Source: Macrostomum lignano (taxonomy: Eukaryota). From it: a stretch of 64,000 nucleotides of DNA. The notes under the pieces are model-generated. The model was not told where the DNA came from. It ran no database searches and worked only from the letters and a program-made list of their open reading frames with translations. Numbering within the stretch: the stretch's first letter is position 1; the number at the start of each line of letters is the position of its first letter. This document shows, one piece after another, positions 1 to 13,276 of this stretch. Location: contig NIVC01002221.1 in NCBI GenBank assembly GCA_002269645.1, positions 1-64,000 of the forward strand, given 5' to 3'. The translations under genes were made by a program, and so were the position numbers.

Positions 1-3000
1 GAGATTTCAAGCAGATTTTTTGCCATATTTTTTAGCCGTTTCAGCAACTACGTCAAGTGAATCCTCGTCAAGTTCGCCCTCAGTAATTGTGCTGAGCATT
101 TTCGACTGAATTCGAGGTCTCTCAGTCGATTGTCTGTCGTGGTGTTGCTATCAGAGGCGTTAACGCACTTTGATATCAGATTAACAACTTTTGCGCTTGA
201 ATAGAATCATCTCTTGAACCTGAGCAGGTGTATCCACTGTTACAGTGCTAAGGGAGTTAATGGCTGGGAACGCAGCCTTTCCCATTTCACGAGAGTTTCC
301 TCCGTAAGCGGAGCCTTCAATTCTGTTGTAGATGTTTCCATTGCTGAGCTCGTCAATGCTCATTTGTCGCTCCTTGACTCGCAGGCAAGGTGGAGATATT
401 ATAGAAAGATGAAGCCATCGCTGCGTCGAACACCTCAATGCAGATAGTAATCATGTAGTCACGCTTCTGAGCGCCGCTAGGTAGCATTGTAGCCTGGCTT
501 AGTTTGCATTCATTGGCACCTGACAAGATAGCGGTAATTCAGTAAATAAGATGACGTATTGAGCTATTTACTAATAGCGAAAATGCACTGCTCACCTATT
601 TCAATCGGAATGCAGTCATCCGGTCCGCTTGGGTTCTCCAGCTGGCTGTAACCAATGTTGTACTTTAGTGAGCCGTCGCTATCCGTGGCACCGTCGCACG
701 TGAGCTGAAATCTCGTATTCAACAAAGCTTCGCCAACGGTAGGAAAGGCTCGAACAGAGAGCAAGCTTACGTCTGGAGCAGTGTTGATCATCAAGTACAG
801 CAGTTGAAGCCATAGTTAGTTGGCGATCCATCGCGGTAGGACTTCACCCTGAGTATGTAGATGCCGTTCGATGCGCGCGCAGACAGCCGACTCCATCGAT
901 GGCAAGTCGGAGAGGAAATTCCTAAAAATATCAGAATATTTGTTTTAATCTGAGTAAACTATTTTAAGCTTTTTAAAGAAACTTTTCAACTTCTGTGGCA
1001 AACTTTACTGTACTTGCACAGTTTTGGCCATCTAAAATAAAATATAGAAAGCAATATATTAATTTTTGTGCTCTTCCACGAAAATGCAATTGATTGATAG
1101 ATAGCTATTTGATAAGTACTTTTATTATCCAATACAATAAAGATGATTACCAATGATGTCTCCGGACCCATTTCATCCATGTCCAGCTGGGCCAGCACTG
1201 AACTCTGCGACAGATCGTACGGACAAGATGTAACTGGATTTTTTAAATTAGAATATGCCAGCGATAATGAAATCTCACGCCGGAATGTAATTGTCAATCG
1301 ATGTTTGGAATTTTATCGGAATGTTTGGGTTGATGTTGATGGCTTCATCTTCGCAGGCTCTTGCGTTTTCTCGGTTCTTAATGATGTGGCAATTGCTGAT
1401 GCATCTAAAATTACAAAGGCACACCGGAGATCAGACAATGTCATTGTTAATTAAGTAATAGCAAAGAATGTCAGTTATAATTGGTGGCATTCCAAGAAAA
1501 ATGTAGCGACTACATGTGATCTGTGGTTCCAACAATGGATCGTTTTTATCCCGCACGACAACATAAATTCTGTGGCTTTGCTTCTCAAATGTTGTCAGAG
1601 TGTTCAAAATGAGACTGGAATCAGATCTTTTACCAGACATATAGTACAAGTAACGGTATACTTTTTTGTTTATGGCGTCATCTTTCCATTTTTTGAAATC
1701 GGAATGTCATAAACATAATCCATTTTTCCTGCTCCACCCGAATAGTTCCAATCACCTTTAATTATGCGAGAAAAGATGATGTCTAGTCTTCAGAGGATCC
1801 AATGAGAAACACGTTAGGTTATGTACCACGTCACCATTCATGTTTTGTCTGTTGCAGACATTCTTCGGCTGGTTTTGCAAAACTGTACGAGGCGTCGGGA
1901 CGAAAGATGAGTTCTCCTCGCACTCGCGTTGCAGTAGTATTCAAAGTCCCAGTCACTGAACTCTCCAGCCAAGGCGAACTTGTTCGGATTGACGCTGCAG
2001 CTCGCGTCGAACTCCACCTCGAAGCCGAACTTGCTCTGCGCAGGGCTGCTCAGCTTGTACCACCTCGAGAGCTCTTGGTCATACACTCTGTAGTTGAGAC
2101 ATGGTCGCAGAGGCGCTTGTAGATGTACACATCAATTGAGTCGGTTGTGTTCAGGGCGGGCTCTTCGACCATCGTGGCCTGTACAGTGATCCTGTACACT
2201 GTATCGATGTTCAATGCATAAGGAAACACAGTGAAAGTCTTGAGTTGGTTGTTCGATCCTTGGTACATCACTCCAGATATCATCGTATCGTCCAGAGAAA
2301 CATAGTTTACGTGACTTGGGTAGTTCTGATGGAACTGCTTCAGCTGTGGTACGAAGTCCTGCCATGAATTGGTGCCGTTATTGTATCTCTCGATTTTCCA
2401 CTTCACTTCGACACTGTTATTGTAGCAGTTAACACTGAGGTAGGGGTTAAAGACGAGCAGTTGTTCTCTTGAAAACCGCGGATCCGGCATCGAGTACGAA
2501 AGATTGAGCTTCGGCTTTGAGCACGGCCCTTTCGAAACTACCATGTAGAAGGAGGTCTCCTGCATGGAGTACTTGTTGTAGCCTTGCAAGCGAACAACCT
2601 TTTGGTCAAAATACGTAAAGTTCTTGATGAAAAGAACAACTGTAGACACAGGAGGACTCGCCAGCGACTCTTGGTAGAGCCTGTTGTACTCTTGCGAAAG
2701 TTGATTGTCCCAGTACATGCTGCCATATAGAGAGCTCACTGGAGACAGAGTTTGGCATGCGGTGGCACTGCCAAACATGTGAGCGCTCTGATTGGCTACA
2801 ACTTTGTCACCAAAGGCGCTAAAGTCCACAACAAAGCAAGCTTCTGCAGGAAGTGTTCCCAGATCGATGAAAACTTCGTATGGCTGCATCATCGATGCTG
2901 TGATTTCTGCTCCAATCTCGAGCTTATCCACTGGTCTGTAGACACTGATGTTTACTGAGGCGAAAGCAGTGCTGTACGCATGGGAAACATTGACTTTGAT

Positions 3001-6000
3001 GATATAGCTTCCTTCTTTTGCATACTGATGGCTGACTGAGTTAGTGCTGGATTCAGTACTGATTCCGTCACCGAAGTCCCAGGAATACTTTAAACCTGGA
3101 CCGCTACCGAACTGCATTGTTGCAGTGAAGGTCACAGGCCTGTTTCTCGGAAAATACCGTTGCGAAACCCACGCGGACATTCTGGGATCGGCAGCAACAT
3201 CGGGGTGAGGCACAGCGGCCACTTTAGGTCCCACAATCAATGCAAAAATGGAGATGTTGTGTGTGATTTCCTGGAGTCCGATGGGTTTAGCGACTCTGAC
3301 GGTGGCAGTAAAGTCTCCCGTCCAGCTGTATGTCTGAGGTGGAAACAGGTAACAGAAGATCAGACTGGGTTCGATGCTTGAGCAGGCAGTGTTTTGAGCT
3401 GATGTTCCCGTATTGCAAGTTGTTAGTCTAGTGGGTCCAGTCACACCGCTCGAATCGCCCTTGTCGATGGTCACATCACCCAGGTACAGATTCGGCTGTG
3501 ATGTGTAGTTTGTGCTAGCACACAGAATGAAGTTCGGATCCGTGATATTTGATGATCTCATGTCGATGAGTCCAAGTTTTAGAGCCGAGATCGCAAATCC
3601 GAACGGTACCAACAAAATTTCGACCGTTGTTCCTTCAAGTGTGATAGTCTCCGAGCTCACTTTGTTGGTTACTCGGGCGGTGACAGTGAAGTTAGCAGAA
3701 GTCAAGTAGGTGTGATTGACCAGCACCGAGTGTTGTCGACCCTCAATGGTCATGTTCGCGACATTCCCATCTCCGAAGAAGACCTCGAGCTCATAATCGG
3801 AGCCCCAAGTAACGGAAAATTGGAAGCTCATGACTTGGTCTGTGAGTCCCACGCGAGCAAAGGCAAGCAGCTTCGGATTCTCTATTTTTTCCTGCACAGT
3901 CACGCGACACTGAAAGCTGAAGTTGGAAACTCGATTCCACAGAGTTCCATAAATGTCATATTCTCCGTAGTCAAAGCTTCGAGCTTCGGAATGTGTTGGA
4001 TTAGACTGGGTCCACGTGAACTGAGTTGAGACGTTTGCGACATTGATGACATAGTAGTCGAGGTGAACGTTGCTTGGAATAAAGTTTGCGTCTCCAGTGT
4101 AGTTAAAGTTGAAGCTTGTACCTGCACCCGCAGCATTTGGAAACAAAGGCAGGAACCTATTGCAATCTACAGTGGCGTTGTTTTGGTTCAGAGGGTGCTC
4201 GATTTGGATGATGACCTGAAACGAAATTATAATTAAGCTTTATGTTATGCATTGATCTGGAATGCACTATTTTTTTACTTACGGATGGTAGTTCCTGCGT
4301 AGAGATATAGTTCGATGCGGTACATCGGACAGCAAAGCTGCCATCGATGTTGTACACGTGACTGAAGCTCTTGCTGCCGCTGTGCAATATTGGCTCACCA
4401 TCGGAGAAGTTGCAGGCGTATGTTGGTCTACTGCCCGCATGAGCTTGAACTTGAAAATTAATCGGAACTCGAGATTGGGCTGAAGTGAAGTTTTGGTGTC
4501 GGTTTTTTATTTATCAATTATTTCTTAGGTTTAAATTCATAATACGAGTCGTATTTCGTGGCCTCTTACACAACAGCGTGCTCGCAACAATAACTGCTCC
4601 GGACACGGGAATCTGAACAGTGACTGTCTTGGCAATTAATTGGTTGCTATTTCCCACGTTTAGCTGGATCGTATAGTTTTGATCCAATGAGCAGATCGAT
4701 TCATTGGAGCAGAAGCTATCGTTGTACACCGTGGACAGGATCATCCGGCTTTGCCTGTAGCCAAACAGTTGTACGGCCAGGTCTCCGCCCGGACTAGCTG
4801 TCGGAGAGATCGTTAAGACTCCGCCAGAGTCAACATTATTCAAAATATCGTTTGTTGGCCCAGCCTTTTCAGAGAGTCCGATAGTCGAGTCTTGGATGCC
4901 GACAATGTCTCCGGGTAGAACCTCGAGGCGATTTGAGCCGTTCAGATTTACTAAGTTGAGTCCTGGAGTAGCTGTGATCGCGACGCTGTTCACCAGTACA
5001 TAGGTTCCGGCAAAGAGGGGTGAAACACTTCGGGTCACCTGTCCAGTTGTGAGGTTTACGCACGCCCTGTTAACTAAACTCCATTTGCTTCCGCTTCCGC
5101 AAGCGCTGGCTCGGACGGTACCGTTGCACTTTGAAGCCAGCGGAATGCAGGCGTTGCTGTAGTAGCAGTACTTTGTAACGTTGGAACACATTGGTCGATA
5201 TTGAATCACCTGGAAAATTAAAGATAATGATATATAAAATTAATATAGATGCGCTTTTGCTCTTACGTGATGTATTCTATTTAATGTTAAATTTACTCTG
5301 CTCTTTTTTAGCGTCCATTCAATTATCTATATACTACTTATAAGTACAGTTTTCTTGTGTTTTTGCGTTACACACACTTTGCTTTCCAAAAATGTTGCAT
5401 GCCGCACAATTTTTCATATCGTTTCGCAAAATTTTTACAATTGCGCTTGTAAACAAAATTCAAGAGCCTCGTGTCCCTATCTTTGTGTCCCTAGCTGTTG
5501 TGTCAATCTAGCAATTCGTTTTATTATGGTGACTACTCACATTAATTTGAAAACTGGATCCCGAGAACGTGTGAAACTGAACCTGGGTGACTGTGGTGGG
5601 CTGCTTAAAGTCGAATTCGCGAAGCAAAACAACCGGTGAACTCGAATTGGCAGTTCTTGTCCTGAGGGTGCCGTTGCCTTCGTATTCTTGCAGGCTGAGC
5701 TTGCGAAATGTTCGGGCCATGGGTTCTAGGAAATTTTAAGAATAAAAACATGGAATTTTATGTTTGGGTTAGGCGAGTTTTTTTCAATAAAGTTCCTAAA
5801 AAGTGTTGGAAATTGTTATTGAAAACAATAACTTTAGTAATTTGCAAAAACAAATGATTTTAAACATATTTTTCGTCAAAAAACTTTATCGATAAACATT
5901 TTAATAGACTTTCATTTACTACGTTAATTTAAAACGGTATTAACTTTTGTTTTACCAAAGTAGACACCTTCACTAGGACTAGGAAATTTTCTTCGTCCTA

Positions 6001-8449
6001 TTTTATTGATGGACTTTCACGATAGCAGCTAGCACATATTAGTTGATATTTGTTGCAAGAAAACTCAAGAAAACGCCAAATGTGCCGCTATAACAAATCA
6101 TTTTTATGACGCAAATTTGTCTTGCCGTTAATATAAAAAGGGGCAGTTCGTTAGCGTACAATAAATGAAAACTCTTAGCGCCTGTTTAATGGATCATTGC
6201 CAAACACTGTCATTAAAATATAAATATTGAAGGAAGCCAATAAGAATGCATCTTACCAATAAAATTTTCTAATTTTTTAATCTCGCCGTTGCCGAAGTCA
6301 ACTAGCACGGATTGATTAGTGCCAAGGTTGATGCTGGCAACAACTTCCACCTGGGTGCGGATCGGTACAGCCTTGTACAGGTTGCCGCGGTAGTCGATTT
6401 CGAGTTGCACTCCCTCTAGTCGCTGGTAGGTTTGCACTACTCTAGTTTTGTGCAGCTGGGCTACGCTGGAGCTGGTCACAGCATGGAGCACGTATCTGCC
6501 GTCTAAATGGGCAGTGACAGTCAAGAGTAAACGGTAGGCTACACTGTCAATTGGCGAATTTCATTACTTTACATAAATTTTTATTTACGCAACTTTGCTC
6601 AAAAACTTGGCCATTTGACTGCTAGTTGTCATGGTAAATCATACATATACGGAACAGCAGTATCCATGGTATTTCAAAAAGTGGTTATGCACACAAATCG
6701 TTAAATCAAGAGTTTGACAGCCTTAAATCCTAGATTTTTACTGGGGACCACCTGGGAAAGGCTTGTACCCTCTCTGTGCCTTGAGGGTTGGTCCTCATTG
6801 GTGTGAATCAATGTCAATGTATGAGTACTTCAGGCTTCATTATGGTGATTCATGACATCCCTGCGCCTATCTGATTCCCATTAGCAAACAAATAATTTAT
6901 TTACTTTCTCATTATTGTGCTTTGCATGCCTTTTAGTCTTTTCTCTTAAATGGCACTGTCCAACCAAGGCAGTCAGTCAGTATGCGTGTGTACTAACGGG
7001 CTCACCTGAGAAGGTTGGCCTAGCTAGAATCCCAGAAAAATTGGCTGGCACAGGTTGCTCAAGTAGCACAGAGCCTGTAGCGGCTCCAGTGGCCAGGAAC
7101 GGATCGTGGTCGACAATTCTTCCGAATACGCCGCTAACATCGGAGCCGATGGAGGCCGCCATGATGTCCTGGACGGCTTGCTCGCTGTTTGGACCAGTCG
7201 GTGCTGTTTAAAACAAATGTACAAATCCTGCGTATTATTTACAATTCCAAGGAAAATAGCTATAGCGATACGGAATGTGTATGTATCTACAATTGTATCA
7301 AGGGACAACAAGAATTAGTCGGTTTTTTCAGAGTTCACAAGAACATCTACATAGGTCAAAACGTTTTATGATGCTGGCGTGAAGACAAACACAGTCGAAA
7401 AGTTCTAAAGAATAGTGTTTCATTCTTCGGTAGATTTTGATCGTGAAATGGTTGTGGATACACCGGATAGAGGTTGTTTGCTTTCAAGGGGCTTGGGCGC
7501 TCACATCTTTGCACTCGTCAGGCTAGTATACTCGTATATACATAGTCTGGTTCAACCCTCACGAGTTCATATTACCCAGTATAATCTTTTCTTGATAAAC
7601 AAGGCTACAATGAATGAGATATTTATCAAGGAACATGGTCCTTTGCATTTGCTACTTTTTATTGTTGTTTCGTAAAATTTGAGTTTAAAATTTCGAGTTT
7701 CCGGCAGTTTTCACTTTTATCTATAATTCCAATAATATGTCCGTTTCAGTCAGCGTAGCACAATTACCGTCGGAGACGCTCAAATCCATCTTGGTCGGAA
7801 CAATTTCGGTTGGCACGATGGAGTAAAGCATCATCTGGGAATTCCAAGTCACCGATTCGCACTCCTGAGTTGTTGGGCCGCAGGTCTCAACGCATCCCGT
7901 AACGTTTGCGCTCGGCAAGTTGTAGCCGCAGAAGCAGAGGGATGCGTGAACTCCAGCGTAGCTGCATTGACGAGAATGGGAAAGCGACCCACTGTACTCA
8001 TCAGCGTGCCTAGCTCGCATCTCTTAGCGTGTCTCATTGTCATCTCTTAGCGTGTCTCCCTGTCATCTCTTAGCGTGTGTCACTGCCATTTCTTAGCGTG
8101 TGTCACTCCCATCTCGTATCGTGTCTCACTCACGTCAAGCTGCGCTCTCACAGTGCCGCATCAACCTACATGTATTTGCTCAACCCCGATCGCGTTTATC
8201 TCCATCGATTTATACTTCCTAACTAAGTATTCACATTTCCTTGTCACTTCATCTACGTTAATCCAATAAATTAAAATAAAGTAAGTAAGTCGCTAAAATC
8301 GATATCAAGCGTGAGGAATCTCTCACTTGAATCTAGCTGGCACGTCGCTGCACTGCTGCCTGCAGGTCTCGGGACTGACTGCAGTGGGGGTGCCCGAGCC
8401 GCCGATGGCGCCGGGGTTGGCGCGAAATGCGCGCCGAGAATTGGTCAAG
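1..8449 (-). CDS. PKD1-like: Polycystin-1-like (PKD1 family) multi-exon gene, 5' portion: WSC domain, several PKD domains, REJ module; the 3' part continues beyond position 1
   Basis: WSC domain split over exon 8449-8327 (SPETCRQQC...RF) and exon ~7960-7740 (YAGVHASLCFCG). PKD-repeat motifs: VDFGNG (6213-6524), FSDG...HVYNIDGSFAVRCTASN (~4290-4497), and WDFGDG...HQYAKEGSYIIKVNVS and FFGDG...HTYLTSANFTVTARVTN in the large exon 4146-2050. REJ-like motifs FDASCSVNP...FEYYC (1838-2086) and PTVGEALLNTRFQLTCDGATDSD (564-794). The start codon was not located. Confidence 0.85.
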
Positions 8450-11158
8450 CTGACCGACTTACAGCCGAGACTTTCGACGCTTTCTAGAATTAATTGGTAC
8501 GTTGATAAAGCAGAAATCAGTCAGTTTGTTGGGGTGTTTAGGGTCCTGCTACAAATTTCACTTACCAGCAGCCTCGGAGGCTCCGATGGAAACAATAAAA
8601 ACTATCCAGAGAACAGAAAGCTTAGCCAGAATCGGCAGCATGCTGTTGTGCCTCATCTGGAATTGAGTCTCAGAAGACACTGACGCCAGTTAATGTGTTT
8701 GCTTTTTTCGCAATATTTCCTTATTCACTCCTATCTTCCTCCTAACCAGTTACTATCTGACTTCCCGGCTTGCGATGCTAATCTTTTATTTATTAAAAAC
8801 CAGGCGAGACTTGGCAGCAGACGCCCCAGCATTCATCATCCTTCCTAGCCACACACGCAACCTCATCTCCGGCCACGGTTACAGCTAATCGGAGCGATCT
8901 GTTTATCGCTGGGTCACCCTGGAAACCGGATGGCAACAAGAAATTGTGGGAGCTGGGGCTGTGCTAGGTTGGGCGAAAGGCTTCTCATAGCAGGGGTTGG
9001 GAAGAGTGAGAGGAACAAGCAACAGGTGTTTCAGGAACAATGCCAGCGGGAGTAGGGGGGGGCAATGAAGGCGGTGAGCAGTCAAGCGAATCGCTTGCTC
9101 AACACCACCCATCCCAAACTTTCCTGCTGCATCGCAAGCATGTTTCTTTCACGAACGTCTGGCCTCCGATCCGCAAAAGCAGCAGCAAGCAGCTGCATCA
9201 AGCTTTACTATACTTGCTGCGACAGAAAGGCCACGAAGCCACCTGCAGCTCCCAGTAAGAGGTTTGACTTGTTTGGGCACACTGCAAGCTGCTGGAGGGG
9301 CTTAGGATGCTCCAGCCCTCATCTAAGCACTCAGCTAGGGGCAAAGACAAAAGCTGCAACTTTTTTGTACCGAATCTAAGAGCTAAATTGGGAAGCAGAT
9401 CCTCACAAAGCACCAATTATCGACAACGAAAATAAGTGGCTTACTGCTTGAAGAAAAGTTTCAAGTAGCATATAAAAAAGTCTCATAGCTGGAATTCGTA
9501 AACATGAAAACGTAGAGAATTCTGAACAGAAATATAAAAATATACCGTATGAATAAAGGTAGCAATTGACCAAACTCGAGAAAGTCTCACTTTGTGAGTG
9601 CTTGCTCCTAAGCAAATGCTCAACGTAAGTGTCTCAAAAGTTAGTGCTCGCATCTTGAGCAAATGTGGTCTGTCCGTGACTAAGTAGAGGAATGCATAAG
9701 CATGAATAAAACTCTGGTCATAGATGAAACTTTTTTTAGCATTTGCTCGCATTTTCTTGAGTCTTGTCGGCGGAATTCTCAAGCCATATTCAGCATCATA
9801 ATTTCCTACTGCACTGTTAGCTAGGTTGAGTTTGAAGTTAAGATGATCTGCTATAGTTAGCCTAGGCGTTTTGAAACGGGGTGAAACGCACGGCAGCCCC
9901 CCGCTGCAATTATCTACATGTATAGCCGACTTCAATAAATATAAAACTCGTATGCATATACGCGTATCTAGTCAATGTTTTTACAGCTTGTATATTTATA
10001 AAGCTCAGTACCGCTTAACAATGTAGATTGTATAGTATTCAACTCAGTTGTATACTATACAAGTACATTGTACTTATACTTTCACTCAGCGCGCAGTCAT
10101 TATTCCACACTTTTGTCGTTGTCATTATTCCACACTTTTTATCATGCTTCAATTGGCTGTTTTAAGAGTTGTTTTACCCATAGACCACTGAGTTGTGTGG
10201 CTTAGTTTGACCATAGACACACTGTGATGAGTGCTGATTTTGCTTGCGGCTTGCAAGAAATCAGGAAAGCGAGTAGTGGGAGAAAAAGCTATTTGTCTTG
10301 TCAAACAACTATGGCTATAGTGCATCTCGTCAAACAGCCGCGCTTATTAATTGGAAAAATCTTCCTGTCGACGACTGAACGAACCGTGCGGCGCTACCTA
10401 GGAAGAAAAGTCGACCATGAAGTCTTCAACGCCTTGACGGCTATAAGCGATGCTTCAAAGCGACCAATAGATTTAGTCGAGCAGCCGACAGTCCCAAAGA
10501 ATCCCAACTTGGATCCTGCGTTACCAAAGAAGCCCATCAGACGAAGCTTATCAGTCGCAAGCCAACCAAGACGTGCATCTTTCAAATGGTAAGTTCGGCA
10601 ACTATACTTAAGCACCTGTATTTCTCTTTTATAGAAAACATTCAAAATAGACCAACTCCTTTTGCAGTGCCGAGCATCTTTGGGAACTGCGGCTTTGAGA
10701 ACTGCATGTTTCACTTTGGGTGAAAAATGTATTCATCGTGGAGATTTTCACATTGTCAAATTTCGACTACAAACTGATGAACTGCACTAGCTGTGACATT
10801 TATAATGAACTCTTTTCGTGTAGCTGGTACTTTAGTTTTAATGATTTTTTCCTTTTTGATCATTTACTCCTTGCTGTTTTGTATTTATTAACAAAAATAC
10901 TGAGCGATGATTTTTTCAATCCAAATGTCTATGGTACACATCAAAACTGTGAAATAATGGCCAAAATATTTTGTTATTGCGTCTGGGTAAAAGTATAATT
11001 ACAGTGCTTAGTATCAGTTATTATTTTTTCGATTCACAAAATAAGGAGTTTTGGCCTCAGACAATTTCTTAGATTTCATTTTTTCTTTCTTTCTCTAGAG
11101 TGCCGGTGTGCAAATGTGACTCAGCGCCCCCTTGACCCCGCTTTCTTCTGACTTTGCT

Positions 11159-12274
11159 ATAGACATTTTCAGCGGGCCATGAAACCGACTGAATACATTG
11201 GAGTAGATGGGATTTTACCATAGACAGTCTCAGCGAGCCGTGAAACCGACTGAATGCATTGGAGTAAATGGGATTTTACCATAGACAGTCTCAGCGGGCC
11301 GTGAAACCGACTGAATGCATTGGAGTAAATGGGATTTTACCATAGAAAGTCTCAGCGGGCCGTGAAACCGACTGAATGCATTGGAGTAAATGGGATTTTA
11401 CCATAGACAGTCTCAGCAAGCCGTGAAACCGACTGAATACATTGGAGTAAATGGGATTTTACCATAGACAGTCTCAGCGAGCCGTGAAACCGACTGAATG
11501 CATTGGAGTAAATGGGATTTTACCATAGAAAGTCTCAGCGGGCCGTGAAACCGACTGAATACATTGGAGTAGATGGGATTTTACCATAGACAGTCTCAGC
11601 GGGCCGTGAAACCGACTGAATGCATTGGAGTAAATGGGATTTTACCATAGACAGTCTCAGCGGGCCGTGAAACCGACTGAATGCATTGGAGTAAATGGGA
11701 TTTTACCATAGACAGTCTCAGCGGGCCGTGAAACCGACTGAATGCATTGGAGTAAATGGGATTTTACCATAGACAGTCTCAGCAAGCCGTGAAACCGACT
11801 GAATGCATTGGAGTAAATGGGATTTTACCATAGACAGTCTCAGCGAGCCGTGAAACCGACTGAATGCATTGGAGTAAATGGGATTTTACCATAGAAAGTC
11901 TCAGCGGGCCGTTAAACCGACTGAATACATTGGAGTAGATGGGATTTTACCATAGACAGTCTCAGCGGGCCGTGAAACCGACTGAATGCATTGGAGTAAA
12001 TGGGATTTTACCATAGACAGTCTCAGTGGGCCGTGAAACCGACTGAATGCATTGGAGTAAATGGGATTTTACCATAGACAGTCTCAGTGGGCCGTGAAAC
12101 CGACTGAATACATTGGAGTAGATGGGATTTTACCATAGACAGTCTCAGCGAGCCGTGAAACCGACTGAATGCATTGGAGTAAATGGGATTTTACCATAGA
12201 CAGTCTCAGCGGGCCGTGAAACCGACTGAATACATTGAAGTAAATGGGATTTTACCATAGACAGTCTCAGCGGG
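11159..12274 (+). repeat. 61-bp minisatellite, about 18 near-identical copies
   Basis: Unit ATAGACAGTCTCAGCGGGCCGTGAAACCGACTGAATGCATTGGAGTAAATGGGATTTTACC repeats head to tail with 61-bp period and no spacers. Confidence 0.97.
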
Positions 12275-12301
12275 CTTTCACACCCACTATCTAAAACACT
12301 A

Positions 12302-12400
12302 ATATGGATGGGCTGCATTGGGCAGAAACGAGATAACTCCAGATAACGAGCTACGCGCCTCGGCGTTAGCTCGTTTCTGCCCTCTGCAGCCCATCAATAT
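12302..12400. repeat. ~100-nt imperfect inverted repeat (hairpin)
   Basis: GATGGGCTGCA-TT-GGGCAGAAACGAG (12307-12332) is complementary to CTCGTTTCTGCCC-TC-TGCAGCCCATC (12370-12395). Confidence 0.8.
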
Positions 12401-13276
12401 TGGTATATTTCGCTTTCCTCACGCAATCGTGGAGTTTCTAGTACAGAGATTTCTTGACGACCACAGAGAAACACGTAGACTTGGAGTCCTGACTTTACTC
12501 AGCCGGCAAGGGTGGCGCATTGGGAATGAAAATCTCGTCCTTTTTCAACTTGAATCAAACAGAATGCTAGTGCATTTATTTCAAGCTTAAAAGTTAAAAT
12601 CTGTACCTCATTATTTAAATTTTAAGAGCTTGGTAAGTTAGCTACTTCTCTCTTGAGCTCTACATCTAGATCTCCTTGGACCCGAGGTCGCTGTAAACTG
12701 CGTCACCGACCCCAGCCCGTCCACTAGTTTTCTTATTTCCTGTGGCTGAGCAGGTCTGGCAGGATGACTTTGGCGTCGCCTGCCATGCAATAAACCTGAA
12801 CAGCCTACAGTGGCTCTCATTCTTGGGCTCTCTCTCTCTCTCTCACCCTCTCTCCCTGTCTCGCTCGCTCTAGCGAGAAGCAGCAAAGACCAGGGATAGG
12901 GGTAGAAAAGGCAAATCAATAACGACAAGACTAACGAAGACTTGGGCTCACACGCCCCCGGCTTGCATATTCTCTTGTCAAGTGCGTGCTGTGAGGAGTT
13001 GACAGTAAATATTGTTTGTTTCTAGAGCCTTACTCTTTGTTTCTATGGTTACGAGGGCTCTTAGAGTCAAAGACTATCTCTTAGAATGGGGTGGGAGAGG
13101 AGGTCTATAGGGGGTCGGAGTTGTGACTTACTGCTTCTATCTTTTCAGTTTTTCATCTCAATGGCAATGACGAGCTTATACTGGGAACAGAAGCGCTACA
13201 AATTAAGTAGATTACAGAAACTGCTTCAGGTAACTTTTTATTTATGCGTCAACTATCTTCTTTTAATAACTGCTTT

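Noticed and set aside
9040-10714. Possible coding fragments (PTRLKK on the minus strand; TERTVRRYL HTH-like on the plus strand)
   Set aside because: Motifs are too short to assign. They may be transposon remnants or upstream exons, but no gene model could be supported.
11159-12274. CRISPR-like appearance of the regular 61-bp array
   Set aside because: Units are contiguous and nearly identical with no unique spacers and no cas genes; it is a minisatellite.
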